IMG/VR virus record: IMGVR_UViG_3300027782_000030
Location: 96,001 to 160,000 of that record
Strand: one strand, 5' to 3'
Length of the DNA stretch: 64,000 nt
DNA from: a virus
Lineage: Duplodnaviria; Caudoviricetes
Under the pieces are notes generated by a model that did no database searches, had not been told where the DNA came from, and worked only from the letters and a program-made list of their open reading frames with translations. Position 1 is the first letter of the stretch; each line of letters starts with the position of its first letter. The position numbers were made by a program, and so were the translations under genes. Of the stretch, positions 41,136 to 51,200 are shown in pieces.

Positions 41136-43385
41136 TTGGATTTTAACCTAACGTCATTAGCAGTAGATAAGTTAGTTCCTAAAGAACGGCCTACAGAAGA
41201 TATTGCCGATGCCCGACATCGTAATATGATGGAGGCTATAGCGCCCTATGCAAAGAAAACAGAACAAAAAAATCTAACACCTGTATATGTTAATTATAAA
41301 ACCCGCAATACTAAATTAGTATTGGTATTATGTCCTGAATGGAGTCCGTATATGCCGCCCTTTAGTCTAGCTAGACTAAGTGGTATAGCAAAAAGTGCAG
41401 GATATGAAACTACTATTATGGATTTGAATGTTAGAGCCTATAACGAATATCGTAACGATTGGCAACCTAATAAAAAACTCCCATTCAGACTATGGGATCC
41501 TAGTAGCAGTTGGCACTGGCTAGGCGAGACTTATATGAATGATATTCATCCCGTATTAGAGCCTGTACTTAGTAAAGCAATAGATGATATAGTTGAACTA
41601 AATCCTGAAGTAGTTGGCTTTAGTATATATTATATTAGTGAAGAGCCAACTAAGTGGATGTGTAAAGAACTCAAACGTAGACTGCCCAATGTAAAAATTG
41701 CAGTAGGTGGACCCAACGTACACAAGAGTTGGTTTAAAGTAGAACCATATTATGATTATGCAGTTGTGGGTGAAGGTGAGGCAAACTTATTAGTATTACT
41801 TGAAGAAGTAGAAAACGGTATCAACCACAGTGAACCTAAGATTCTAGATCAACCCGAAGAGCAGCGTATCAACATAAATGGCTTGCCTATGCCAGACTAT
41901 GAGTCTATAGATTTTAGTCAATATGAATTGCCTAACGGAGTAAACACAGAAATTAGTAGGGGCTGTACAGCAAAATGTACTTTTTGCGAAGAGACACATT
42001 TTTGGCGATATCGTCAGCGTCAATCTGTTGATTTGATTACGGAAATCGAATGGCTATACTATAATAAGGGTACAGATGTTGTTTGGTTCATTGATAGTTT
42101 AGTCAATGGCAACTTAAAAGAGTTGAGGGCTTTTGTCAAAGGAGTCGCCGCTAAAGGTCTTAAGATTAAGTGGACAGGATATGCCCGCTGTGACGGCCGA
42201 ATGGATCTAGAATACATGAAAGATTTAGCTGCCGGTGGTTGTATCATGTTTAACTATGGGATAGAATCCGGTAGTCAAAAAGTATTGGACGATATGGCTA
42301 AAGGCGTCACGATTGCAGAGATGGAACAAAACTTCATCGATGGTAAAAAGGTGGGTATATGGGCTGCTACAAACTGGATTGTAGGATTCCCCACTGAAAA
42401 TTTTCAAGACTATGCCGATAGCATGACACTACTATGGCGTATGCGTAATAATAATATTAATAACGCCGGCTTGGGAGTAGGTTATGGCTTGGGCCCAGAA
42501 ACTATAGTAGGTCAAAACCCGCATAAATTTAATATTAGTTGGCACAAGTATCAAGGACATTGGATTACAAAAGACTTGACAATGGGTGGAACTCATGTAA
42601 TGACTAGAGTAAAAACTTTTCACATGTTTGCCGATTTTATACAGGGGTGTAGTGAAGTCCCGATTAGTTATCCAGTGAGACACGGTTTAGCAAGAGAACA
42701 TTATAAAATAGAATTGAATGATCCTAAGTGTATCAAAGAAATTGAATATGAAAAATTTGATTATAATATTATTAAAGTAGATATTAATCCATTTGCTAAT
42801 ACATTAGTAAATGAAATGTGGCCATTCTTTCGAATGCTTTGGAAAACTAGAGGTGGATATAAAGCTGTAGTGAAATTTCATCCTGACATTGATTTAAAAG
42901 AGTTTGGCAGTCAGTTTGGACCCGGCATGTATTATGCTACTTATAAGTTTGATATCACGGATGACGGCAAGTGGGATGCCGATTTTGATATTATTTTTAA
43001 TCAAGTAGATAATATATTTGACGATAGAGAACGTCCGCCTCTAGGTAGAAAAGGTCCTTTTTACGCACAAGACTATAGTAGAATTCAAGCTAATACAGCC
43101 AAACGTGCCCGTAAATTAGCAAAGCCAACATGGAGCGATGAAGAAGGTAGAGATGGACAAGATTTTACAGACTTGTTAAATGAAGAACAAATGTTAAATG
43201 AAACTATTGACTTCTCATTTAAGCTACATTGGGTTGAGTCAGGTGATTGGGGCAACTATGCCGACTATGAAGTTAAAGTTTCTAATACTACTATCGTTGT
43301 GATTCCTGAAAAGAAAGCAATGTCGGCTACAGAATTTGCTACAATTGACGTAACATCTATTAAAAAACGTGAACCCAATACTTGA
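41136..43385 (+). CDS. Cobalamin-binding radical SAM enzyme (class B methyltransferase-like)
   Basis: N-terminal B12-binding-like segment (PPFSLARL...DLN...VVGFS...VGGP); EISRGCTAKCTFC; YGIESGSQKVL; WIVGFPTE. TTG start. Confidence 0.85.
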   Translation: MDFNLTSLAVDKLVPKERPTEDIADARHRNMMEAIAPYAKKTEQKNLTPVYVNYKTRNTKLVLVLCPEWSPYMPPFSLARLSGIAKSAGYETTIMDLNVRAYNEYRNDWQPNKKLPFRLWDPSSSWHWLGETYMNDIHPVLEPVLSKAIDDIVELNPEVVGFSIYYISEEPTKWMCKELKRRLPNVKIAVGGPNVHKSWFKVEPYYDYAVVGEGEANLLVLLEEVENGINHSEPKILDQPEEQRININGLPMPDYESIDFSQYELPNGVNTEISRGCTAKCTFCEETHFWRYRQRQSVDLITEIEWLYYNKGTDVVWFIDSLVNGNLKELRAFVKGVAAKGLKIKWTGYARCDGRMDLEYMKDLAAGGCIMFNYGIESGSQKVLDDMAKGVTIAEMEQNFIDGKKVGIWAATNWIVGFPTENFQDYADSMTLLWRMRNNNINNAGLGVGYGLGPETIVGQNPHKFNISWHKYQGHWITKDLTMGGTHVMTRVKTFHMFADFIQGCSEVPISYPVRHGLAREHYKIELNDPKCIKEIEYEKFDYNIIKVDINPFANTLVNEMWPFFRMLWKTRGGYKAVVKFHPDIDLKEFGSQFGPGMYYATYKFDITDDGKWDADFDIIFNQVDNIFDDRERPPLGRKGPFYAQDYSRIQANTAKRARKLAKPTWSDEEGRDGQDFTDLLNEEQMLNETIDFSFKLHWVESGDWGNYADYEVKVSNTTIVVIPEKKAMSATEFATIDVTSIKKREPNT

Positions 43386-43953
43386 GTTTGAAACGGTTAT
43401 AAAAGAATATTATAACAGCCCATATGCGGTTACAACTGATTGTTGTACCCACGCTATTGAACTATGTATTAGGTTATTAAAGCCAACTGAGGTATCATGT
43501 CCAAAACACACCTACCTAAGTGTTCCAATGACATTTGAAAAATTAAATCTAGATTGGAGATTTAAAAATTTTAAATGGAATGATTATTATTATATAACTA
43601 ATAATATTATTGATGCGGCAGTATATTGGAAGCCCGATGGATATATCCCTAATACATATATGTGCTTGTCATTTCAATTTAAAAAGCATTTAAATGTGGG
43701 TAGAGGTGGCATGATATTAACCGACGATTATGAATCTTATAAAAAATTAAAAAAGATGAGTTATGATGGTAGGCTTCCCGATATTGCATGGGCTGAACAA
43801 GACGTAGACACATTGGGTTATCATTATTATATGACACCTGAAACTGCTGAGTTGGGTTTAGATAGATTTCACGAAGTAAAGGACATTGAACCTAGACAAT
43901 GGTCTTGGAAAGACTATCCCGACTTAACAACAATGAGTGTATTCAAATGCTAA
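43369..43953 (+). CDS. DegT/DnrJ/EryC1/StrS-family PLP aminotransferase (short form)
   Basis: AVTTDCCTHA; IDAA; LSFQFKKHL.VGRGGMILTDD (PLP Lys region); GYHYYM. It is only 194 aa. Confidence 0.8.
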   Translation: MNPILEFETVIKEYYNSPYAVTTDCCTHAIELCIRLLKPTEVSCPKHTYLSVPMTFEKLNLDWRFKNFKWNDYYYITNNIIDAAVYWKPDGYIPNTYMCLSFQFKKHLNVGRGGMILTDDYESYKKLKKMSYDGRLPDIAWAEQDVDTLGYHYYMTPETAELGLDRFHEVKDIEPRQWSWKDYPDLTTMSVFKC

Positions 43954-44909
43954 GTAAAAACGAGTGGGATCCACTTAAAACCGTGATTGTTGGTATAGCA
44001 GATAATGCTACTAGACCAATTATATCTACAAGCGTTAGGACTGTTAACTATGCTGATGTAAAAGATGTGAGTACGATTGAATGTGGTCCATATCCTGTAC
44101 AAGTCATAGAAGAAGCGAATCAGGATTTAGAAACACTAAGTGATTTTCTTAAGAAAGAAAACATTAAGGTATTACGCCCTGAAGCAAATCATCCTAGGTA
44201 TTATAACTATTGCCCAAGAGATACGGTATTAATACATGATGAATTAGTATTGGCTACACCAACTGCACTAAGTGAACGACGCCATGAATGGACTAGTTCT
44301 GCGAAGCATTTAAATATAGTTACAGTAGCACCTATACCAAATGATGATATAATTTATAATACTGAATGTATAGGTAATCCTGATATTTTAGCATTAAATG
44401 AAATAGATCCTTGTTTTGATGCTGCTAATATTATTAGAGCAAATGAAGACCTTTATTATCTAGTTAGTAATACTGGTAATAAAAAAGGTGCAGAATACTT
44501 AAGGTCATTGGGCAAAACTGTACATACTATTGAAAACGTATATAGTTATATTCATATTGATAGTACTATTGCATTTTTGCGTGAGGGTTTAATGTTGTTA
44601 AACCCAAAAAGAATTACGAATGTCAAAGAACAATTACCCAAATCATTGCATAATTGGGATATAATATGGGCTACTGAGCCAATAGATATTGGACATTACC
44701 CCGGTATATGCAATGCTAGTGTTTGGATAAATGTAAATTTGTTATCTATCAATCCTAACTTAGTAGTTCTAGAAGAACACCAACACAATTTACGAATAGA
44801 ATTAGAAAAATACGGTATTGAATCAGCAATGTTACCAATGCGTCATGCTAGAACATTAGGTGGTTGTTTTCACTGTGTGACATTAGATTTAGTTAGAGAT
44901 GATAAATGA
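43947..44909 (+). CDS. Amidinotransferase (glycine / scyllo-inosamine-phosphate amidinotransferase family)
   Basis: NEWDPLK.VIVG; CPRD; FDAAN; HIDST; GGCFHCVTLD (catalytic Cys). The start is likely 43947 rather than 43899. Confidence 0.88.
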   Translation: MLSKNEWDPLKTVIVGIADNATRPIISTSVRTVNYADVKDVSTIECGPYPVQVIEEANQDLETLSDFLKKENIKVLRPEANHPRYYNYCPRDTVLIHDELVLATPTALSERRHEWTSSAKHLNIVTVAPIPNDDIIYNTECIGNPDILALNEIDPCFDAANIIRANEDLYYLVSNTGNKKGAEYLRSLGKTVHTIENVYSYIHIDSTIAFLREGLMLLNPKRITNVKEQLPKSLHNWDIIWATEPIDIGHYPGICNASVWINVNLLSINPNLVVLEEHQHNLRIELEKYGIESAMLPMRHARTLGGCFHCVTLDLVRDDK

Positions 44910-46627
44910 GTAAATGGCGTCGAGGACATGTTGGTAGATTTTGGTATACTGAAGAGGTTAAAAATCTTAATTATACTAAACAACCTATAACTCAAGATGA
45001 AGTTGACCAATGGGTATCTAAAGGTTATGATTACGTAAAGAGCTTTACGGGCAGCATGTATGATAATAAAAACCCAATGCCTGAATTTATTAATAGACTT
45101 AAAGATATCTTTTACAACTATAAAAATCTTACGTTTACTTTTTATAAAATGAGTACATTGGAAATTATGCCTGAGCATTCTGATCACTATAATACATATA
45201 TGAAATTATATGGGGCAGATTACAAAAATGTACACCGCATCTTATTAATGTTAGAAGATTGGAAACCCGGGCATTACTTGGAAATAGATGGCACTGGTAT
45301 TATTAATTGGGTAGCAGGTGATTACTTTATTTGGGAAAATGATTGCAAACATGCTGCTGCTAATATAGGTGTAGAAGATAGATATACTTTACAGATTACG
45401 GCTGAAATACTTAGCGACAACTCAACTGACTATAAACTACATTGGTATAATATTCCTGATAGAGAATCAAAAACCGAATCATCTCAATACTATATGAATA
45501 GGGTACTAAACGGAGTAACTGATAATATAAGAAATGAACCATTGTATATTTACATGCTTAATCAACAAATTGTTGAACTAGAAACAATAATACATGATCA
45601 AAGTACAGTACAGTATTTAAATGAAAAGGGTATTACATTTTATCTAACAGAACCATTATGCGGCTATACAAGATTACCTAGGAAACATACACTATCAATT
45701 TATTCAGAATTTAAAGGTGATGAAGATTCTTCTGCTTTACGGGCAGACGAGTTAGATAGCATTAAAGAATATGTTATCAGAAATAAATTAACTAATGTTA
45801 ATGTTTATACATGTGATTATGACGCTAAAACATATTATCCTTACTATAAATCTTTTATGAATATAGAAACAGATGATTTGTTTATTAGAACCATACCACA
45901 AAAAACAGTATTCCATACCAATGTCAAAGCTGCTTTTAATAAAAAATTTATTTGTTTAAATTGGAGATTTACTCCTCATAGGCAATTATTAGCCGCATAC
46001 TTGTCTCAAAAATCTAGCACTATTAGTTGGTATTTTAGGGGAGATTTGCCTGTTGTAGGGCACTATAATTGGATTAGTATTTTTTCACTTAGAGACCCTA
46101 AATATTTTAATACTTTAATAGATGGCATCACATATCTAAATGCTAACGCACCTCTGAGTGTTGACTTACCTGATGTAGAATCTATCTCTTTATATGATAC
46201 TGCTCATGGCGAATTTATTCCTAATAGTCAAATACTGAATAATAGTTCCAATGAGATAATAGAAAATGCTTATTTGAATGTGTTTTGTGATATAGTTACT
46301 GAGTCTAGATTCGCTCAGCCAACTGGTAACTTTAGCGAAAAGGTATTTCACCCTATATGGTATAAAAAGCCTTTCGTATTGGCAGCGCCTCCTCATACAC
46401 TAAAATATTTAAAAGAAGAAGGGTATAAAACCTTCAATGAATTTTGGGATGAAAGTTATGATGACTGTGAAAATCATGAAGAAAGATTAATGAAAATATT
46501 TGATGTAATAGATTTCATTGATAGTAAATCTATAGACGAATTGCGTGAAATGTATGAGCAAATGAAGCCAATACTAAAACATAATTATGATTTAATAAAG
46601 CAAAAACTGCCCACAGTAGAAAAGTAA
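44906..46627 (+). CDS. 2OG-Fe(II) oxygenase domain fused to a GT-like domain (copy 4)
   Basis: N-terminal PEHSDH (HxD)...HAAAN...RYTLQIT; C-terminal DIVTESRF...SEKVF.P...KPFV...GYKTF...DESYD. Confidence 0.7.
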   Translation: MSKWRRGHVGRFWYTEEVKNLNYTKQPITQDEVDQWVSKGYDYVKSFTGSMYDNKNPMPEFINRLKDIFYNYKNLTFTFYKMSTLEIMPEHSDHYNTYMKLYGADYKNVHRILLMLEDWKPGHYLEIDGTGIINWVAGDYFIWENDCKHAAANIGVEDRYTLQITAEILSDNSTDYKLHWYNIPDRESKTESSQYYMNRVLNGVTDNIRNEPLYIYMLNQQIVELETIIHDQSTVQYLNEKGITFYLTEPLCGYTRLPRKHTLSIYSEFKGDEDSSALRADELDSIKEYVIRNKLTNVNVYTCDYDAKTYYPYYKSFMNIETDDLFIRTIPQKTVFHTNVKAAFNKKFICLNWRFTPHRQLLAAYLSQKSSTISWYFRGDLPVVGHYNWISIFSLRDPKYFNTLIDGITYLNANAPLSVDLPDVESISLYDTAHGEFIPNSQILNNSSNEIIENAYLNVFCDIVTESRFAQPTGNFSEKVFHPIWYKKPFVLAAPPHTLKYLKEEGYKTFNEFWDESYDDCENHEERLMKIFDVIDFIDSKSIDELREMYEQMKPILKHNYDLIKQKLPTVEK

Positions 46628-46648
46628 ATACTTATAAGGAGCACATTT

Positions 46649-46747
46649 ATGTTTATATTTAAATGGATTAAGAATATTATCCGAGAATACAAATACCGTA
46701 AAAGAATTAAAGAATTACGCAAACGGGATCCTTTCATATACAAATGA
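46649..46747 (+). CDS. 32-aa basic peptide (not in ORF track), coupled to the carbamoyltransferase
   Basis: TAAATA and SD AAGGAG lie upstream. It reads MFIFKWIKNIIREYKYRKRIKELRKRDPFIYK, with an ATGA overlap to 46744. Confidence 0.75.
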   Translation: MFIFKWIKNIIREYKYRKRIKELRKRDPFIYK

Positions 46748-48225
46748 ACTATGTAGGCATATCAGCAGGGTTTCATGACGCTGCAATCAGTGTAATAGAC
46801 AATGCAGGCAACCTATTATTTGCTGGGCATAGTGAACGTTATAGTAAGAAAAAACACGATAAAGACTTATGTGAAGAATTATTAGCCGACGCATTAAGTT
46901 ACTGTAATTCAGAATCATTAGAGTATCACTACTACGAAAGACCTTGGTTGAAAGCACTTAGACAGGTGCGTAGTGGTGAGGGTTTTGTTTGGCCAAGTTG
47001 GAAAAACTTATTAGGTCCCATCTATAATCAAATGGGTAAACCAAAGATACATGTACATGGTCATCATCTATGCCATGCAGCAGCAGGATTTCAAACCAGT
47101 CCTTATAGTGACGCCACAGTTGTAATAATTGACGCTATAGGTGAGTTTGACACTATGACGATTTGGGATGCTAGATATGACCTTATAACTGGCAAGGCTA
47201 CCTATGAGAAACTATGGAGTATGCAATATCCAAACAGTGTTGGATTATTTTATTCAGCAATGACTGAGCGAGTCGGGTTGCGTCCACTAGATGAAGAATA
47301 TATTCTTATGGGCATGGCTGCATATGGTCATCCTCATCATGTTGATGATATGTTTGATGCGTTAATAGATGATGATGACATATTGACCTTTAAGCAGAAT
47401 TTACATGTTGGGGTAAGTAAAGAATTTTTGAAAAACGCCAAAGATACAGACATTGCCAGCAGTAGTCAAAATATAGTAGAATATATGATTACTCTAGTTG
47501 TTAGTAAGGCCAAAAGTCTAGGTAGAAGTAGAAATCTAGTCTACGGTGGTGGGGTGGCATTGAATTGTTTAGCAAATAGATTATTAGGAAATATATATGA
47601 AAATATTTGGATTATGCCGAACCCTGGTGATGCAGGTAATAGCCTTGGTGCAGCATGTCTTGGCTATGGCACTAAACTTAATTGGAGTAATGCTTTTCTT
47701 GGGCATGATATTACTGGGGATTATCCTGTTCATCGGTTACTTGATGTTCTACTTACTGATCGGATGGTTGGTGTTGCGTCCGGTAGGGCAGAATTCGGAC
47801 CGCGGGCCTTAGGTAATCGTAGTCTGTTGGCAGATCCTCGCGGAGATGATATCAAAGACAGAGTAAATGAGATTAAGCGTAGACAAAAGTTTAGACCATT
47901 TGCTCCTATTATTCTTGAGGAATATGTGCATGATTATTTTGACATGCCAAGGTCTTGGAAAAATAGTAGATACATGCAAGTAATTGCTAACTGTAAATTT
48001 CCTGATCGGTTTCCTGCTATCGCTCATGCCGACAAAACTAGCAGAGTACAAACTGTACCAAAAGATGGCTCGGGTATTAGAGAGTTATTAGAGAAATGGT
48101 ATGTAATAACCGAATGTCCTATGTTGTTGAATACTAGTCTAAACATTCGTGGCGAGCCAATGGTCAATGACAGGGCCGATGCTGACAGATTTGAAAAACT
48201 GTATGGGGTTAAAGTTCTGTCATAA
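46744..48225 (+). CDS. O-carbamoyltransferase (NodU/CmcH/TobZ family)
   Basis: GISAGFHDAA; HHLCHAA; DAIGE; GGVALNC; PGDAG; EFGPRALGNRS; FRPFAP; LNTSLN. Confidence 0.9.
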   Translation: MNYVGISAGFHDAAISVIDNAGNLLFAGHSERYSKKKHDKDLCEELLADALSYCNSESLEYHYYERPWLKALRQVRSGEGFVWPSWKNLLGPIYNQMGKPKIHVHGHHLCHAAAGFQTSPYSDATVVIIDAIGEFDTMTIWDARYDLITGKATYEKLWSMQYPNSVGLFYSAMTERVGLRPLDEEYILMGMAAYGHPHHVDDMFDALIDDDDILTFKQNLHVGVSKEFLKNAKDTDIASSSQNIVEYMITLVVSKAKSLGRSRNLVYGGGVALNCLANRLLGNIYENIWIMPNPGDAGNSLGAACLGYGTKLNWSNAFLGHDITGDYPVHRLLDVLLTDRMVGVASGRAEFGPRALGNRSLLADPRGDDIKDRVNEIKRRQKFRPFAPIILEEYVHDYFDMPRSWKNSRYMQVIANCKFPDRFPAIAHADKTSRVQTVPKDGSGIRELLEKWYVITECPMLLNTSLNIRGEPMVNDRADADRFEKLYGVKVLS

Positions 48226-48236
48226 GTAACTACATC

Positions 48237-51200
48237 ATGAGAGATGTATTTTATTACGGTAAAAAACCCAACGTTCACCCAAAAGAAAAATTTGCGACTT
48301 CAATAGAAGATGCCAGGAGTCAATGTACCACTGAACATTTTTGGATAATCAATGAATACTGTGATTATCGCAATCTAGATTGGGACTTTGATTTTGAATT
48401 CTTACCCGATGAAGATGTATGGGCAGAAGACCATAACAATGTATGGCCCAGCCAACATCAAAAAGACAGTGGCACTTGGCTATGTCCAAAGAAAAACAGT
48501 GATATAATTATCTATCGTGCTGATGTTGACCCTGTTATTCGTAAGAATATAAAGAATGACAATTGGGTAATATTATATGAAATTGATGAAATTAACTTTG
48601 ATTTTAGTTGGCATCCTGATCCAACTGATCCTTCCTATACTTATGTATGGGGTAACCAATGGCACTCTGGTAAGATTATGCCTACGGTTAAATATTCCGT
48701 ACTTGGTTCGTTAGAAGTAAAATATATTGAAAATAATATTGCGATATTAGCACAATTGCCTGAAAACTTTGATATTTTTGAAGAAGTTGAGAATTTTGAT
48801 TTTAGTTGGCATCCTAATCCAACTAGTCCTCCTTACATATATGTTTGGGGTAATCAATGGAATATCCCTCAGGACAAAATATCTATTCAATATAAAGTTG
48901 ATGGTGCGACCGAACATAATTATATGGCCGAACGTGCGATTCGTAAACCATGTACAGGTAATTGGATAATACCTGATAATGTTGATACAATTGGGTTTGA
49001 CTTTAGTTGGGAACCTAGCCCAGCGGATCAACCTTATATTTACCAATTTGGCACTCAGTGGCAAAAGACAGGTGGTCCACAATATTTAACACCAGGCGTA
49101 CATAAAAATAGTGACATTAAGTATATTGATTTGCAAAAAGTAAAAATATTGCCTAATAAAGATAACTTTATTATCTTAGACAATATTATTGTAGATGATT
49201 TTGATTATAGTTGGCATTCTGATGAAACAGAAGAACCATACATATACGTATTTGGTAATAATTTATATGCGGCTGAAATTATGCCAACTATCCAGTACGT
49301 ACCTAAAAACGCAGTTAGATTAACATCAGGTAAACCAATTGAACAAATAAAATATGTCAATGACTTAGTTGCTAAATTAGGAGAGAATAGAAATAATTGG
49401 GTTATTCATCAGCCAATAGATGAAATTAAATTTGATTTTAGTTGGGTGCCTAATCCTAAAGATCCCCCTTACATATATGTTTGGGGTAACAAATATATTT
49501 CAAACATATATAAACCAACGGTTGAATATATAGTTGAAGGTGCAACTGAAATAAAATACATGGATGACAGTGTTGCTGTATTACCCGAGCTTGATCGATG
49601 GTATATACCAAATAATATTGATGATACTGGTTTTGATTACACATGGAGACCTGATCCATTAGAACCTGTATTAATTTGGCAATTTGGCACTCAGTGGCAG
49701 AAGACAGGTGGACCTAGATATACCATGCCTAGCGCTATTGAAATCAAATATATTGACAGTCAAAAAGTAAAAGCACTGCCTAACAAAAATTGGACTATAC
49801 CTAAAAATATTGATGTATCTGAATTTGATTTTAGTTGGCACCCAGATGACACTTCACCTTCTTACATATATAGATTTCCTACACAGTGGGCAATGAGTGG
49901 TGGTCCAATTTACACTGTAGTTGGAGCAACAGAAGTAAAGTATATAGATATCTTTAGGGCTAAAGCGCTACCTAATACAGACAATTGGGAATTCGATTCT
50001 AACAATATTGATTCGTCTATCTTTGATTTTAGTTGGCACCCATATGCTGAAGATGAGCCTTTCATATATCAATTTGGTACTCAATGGCAAAAGACAGGTG
50101 GTCCTAGATATTTAACTCCAGGAGTTCATAAAAATAGTCCTGTAAAATATATTGATACACGAATTATAAAAGCAAAAAGATTGCCGAACAAAAATAATTT
50201 TGTTATTTTAGATGACAATGTTATATCTGATTTTGATTATAGTTGGCATCATGATGATACTGAAGAACTTTTTATATATGTATTTGGTAACAATTTATAT
50301 TCTGCTGAAATTATGCCAACTATCCAGTACGTACCTAAAAACGCAGTTAGATTAACATCAGGTAAACCAATTGAACAAATAAAATATGTTAATGACTTAG
50401 TTGCCAAGTTAGGAGAAAATAGAAATAATTGGGTAATATATCAACCAATAGATGAATCTAAATTTGATTTTAGCTGGGTCCCCAATCCCAAAGACCCAGC
50501 TTACATATACTGTTGGGGTAACAAATTTATTTCCAATGTATATAAACCAACCATTGAATATATAGTTGAAGGTGCAACTGAAATCAAATACATGGATGAC
50601 AATGTTGTAGTAGTACCTGAAAGCGATCGGTGGTATATACCAAGTAATATTGATGATACTGGCTTTGACTATACATGGAGACCTAATCCATTAGAACCTG
50701 ATTTAATTTGGCAGTTTGGTACTCAATGGCAAAAAACCGGCGGCCCAAGATATATTATGCCCGGTGCTATTGAAGTCAAATATATTGACAGTCAAAAAGT
50801 AAAAGCACTTTCTAATAAAAATTGGACTATACCTGAAAATATAGATGTGTCTGAATTTGATTTTAGTTGGCATCCAGATGATACAAGTCCACCGTATATT
50901 TATAGATTCCCAACTCAATGGGCAATAAGCGGCGGACCTAATTATATAGTTGAAGGTGCTACTGAAATAAAATATATTGATAAGCTTAAGGCTAAAGCAC
51001 TTCCTTGTAAAGATTATTGGGATTTTAATTCTGCTATAGTTGATGAAAATAGTTTTGATTTTAGTTGGCATCCATATGCAGAAGACGAGCCTTTTATATA
51101 TCAATTTGGAACACAATGGCAGAAAACAGGTGGTCCTAGATATTTAACTCCAGGTGTTCATAAAAACAGTCCCATAAAATATATCGATACACGAATTATT

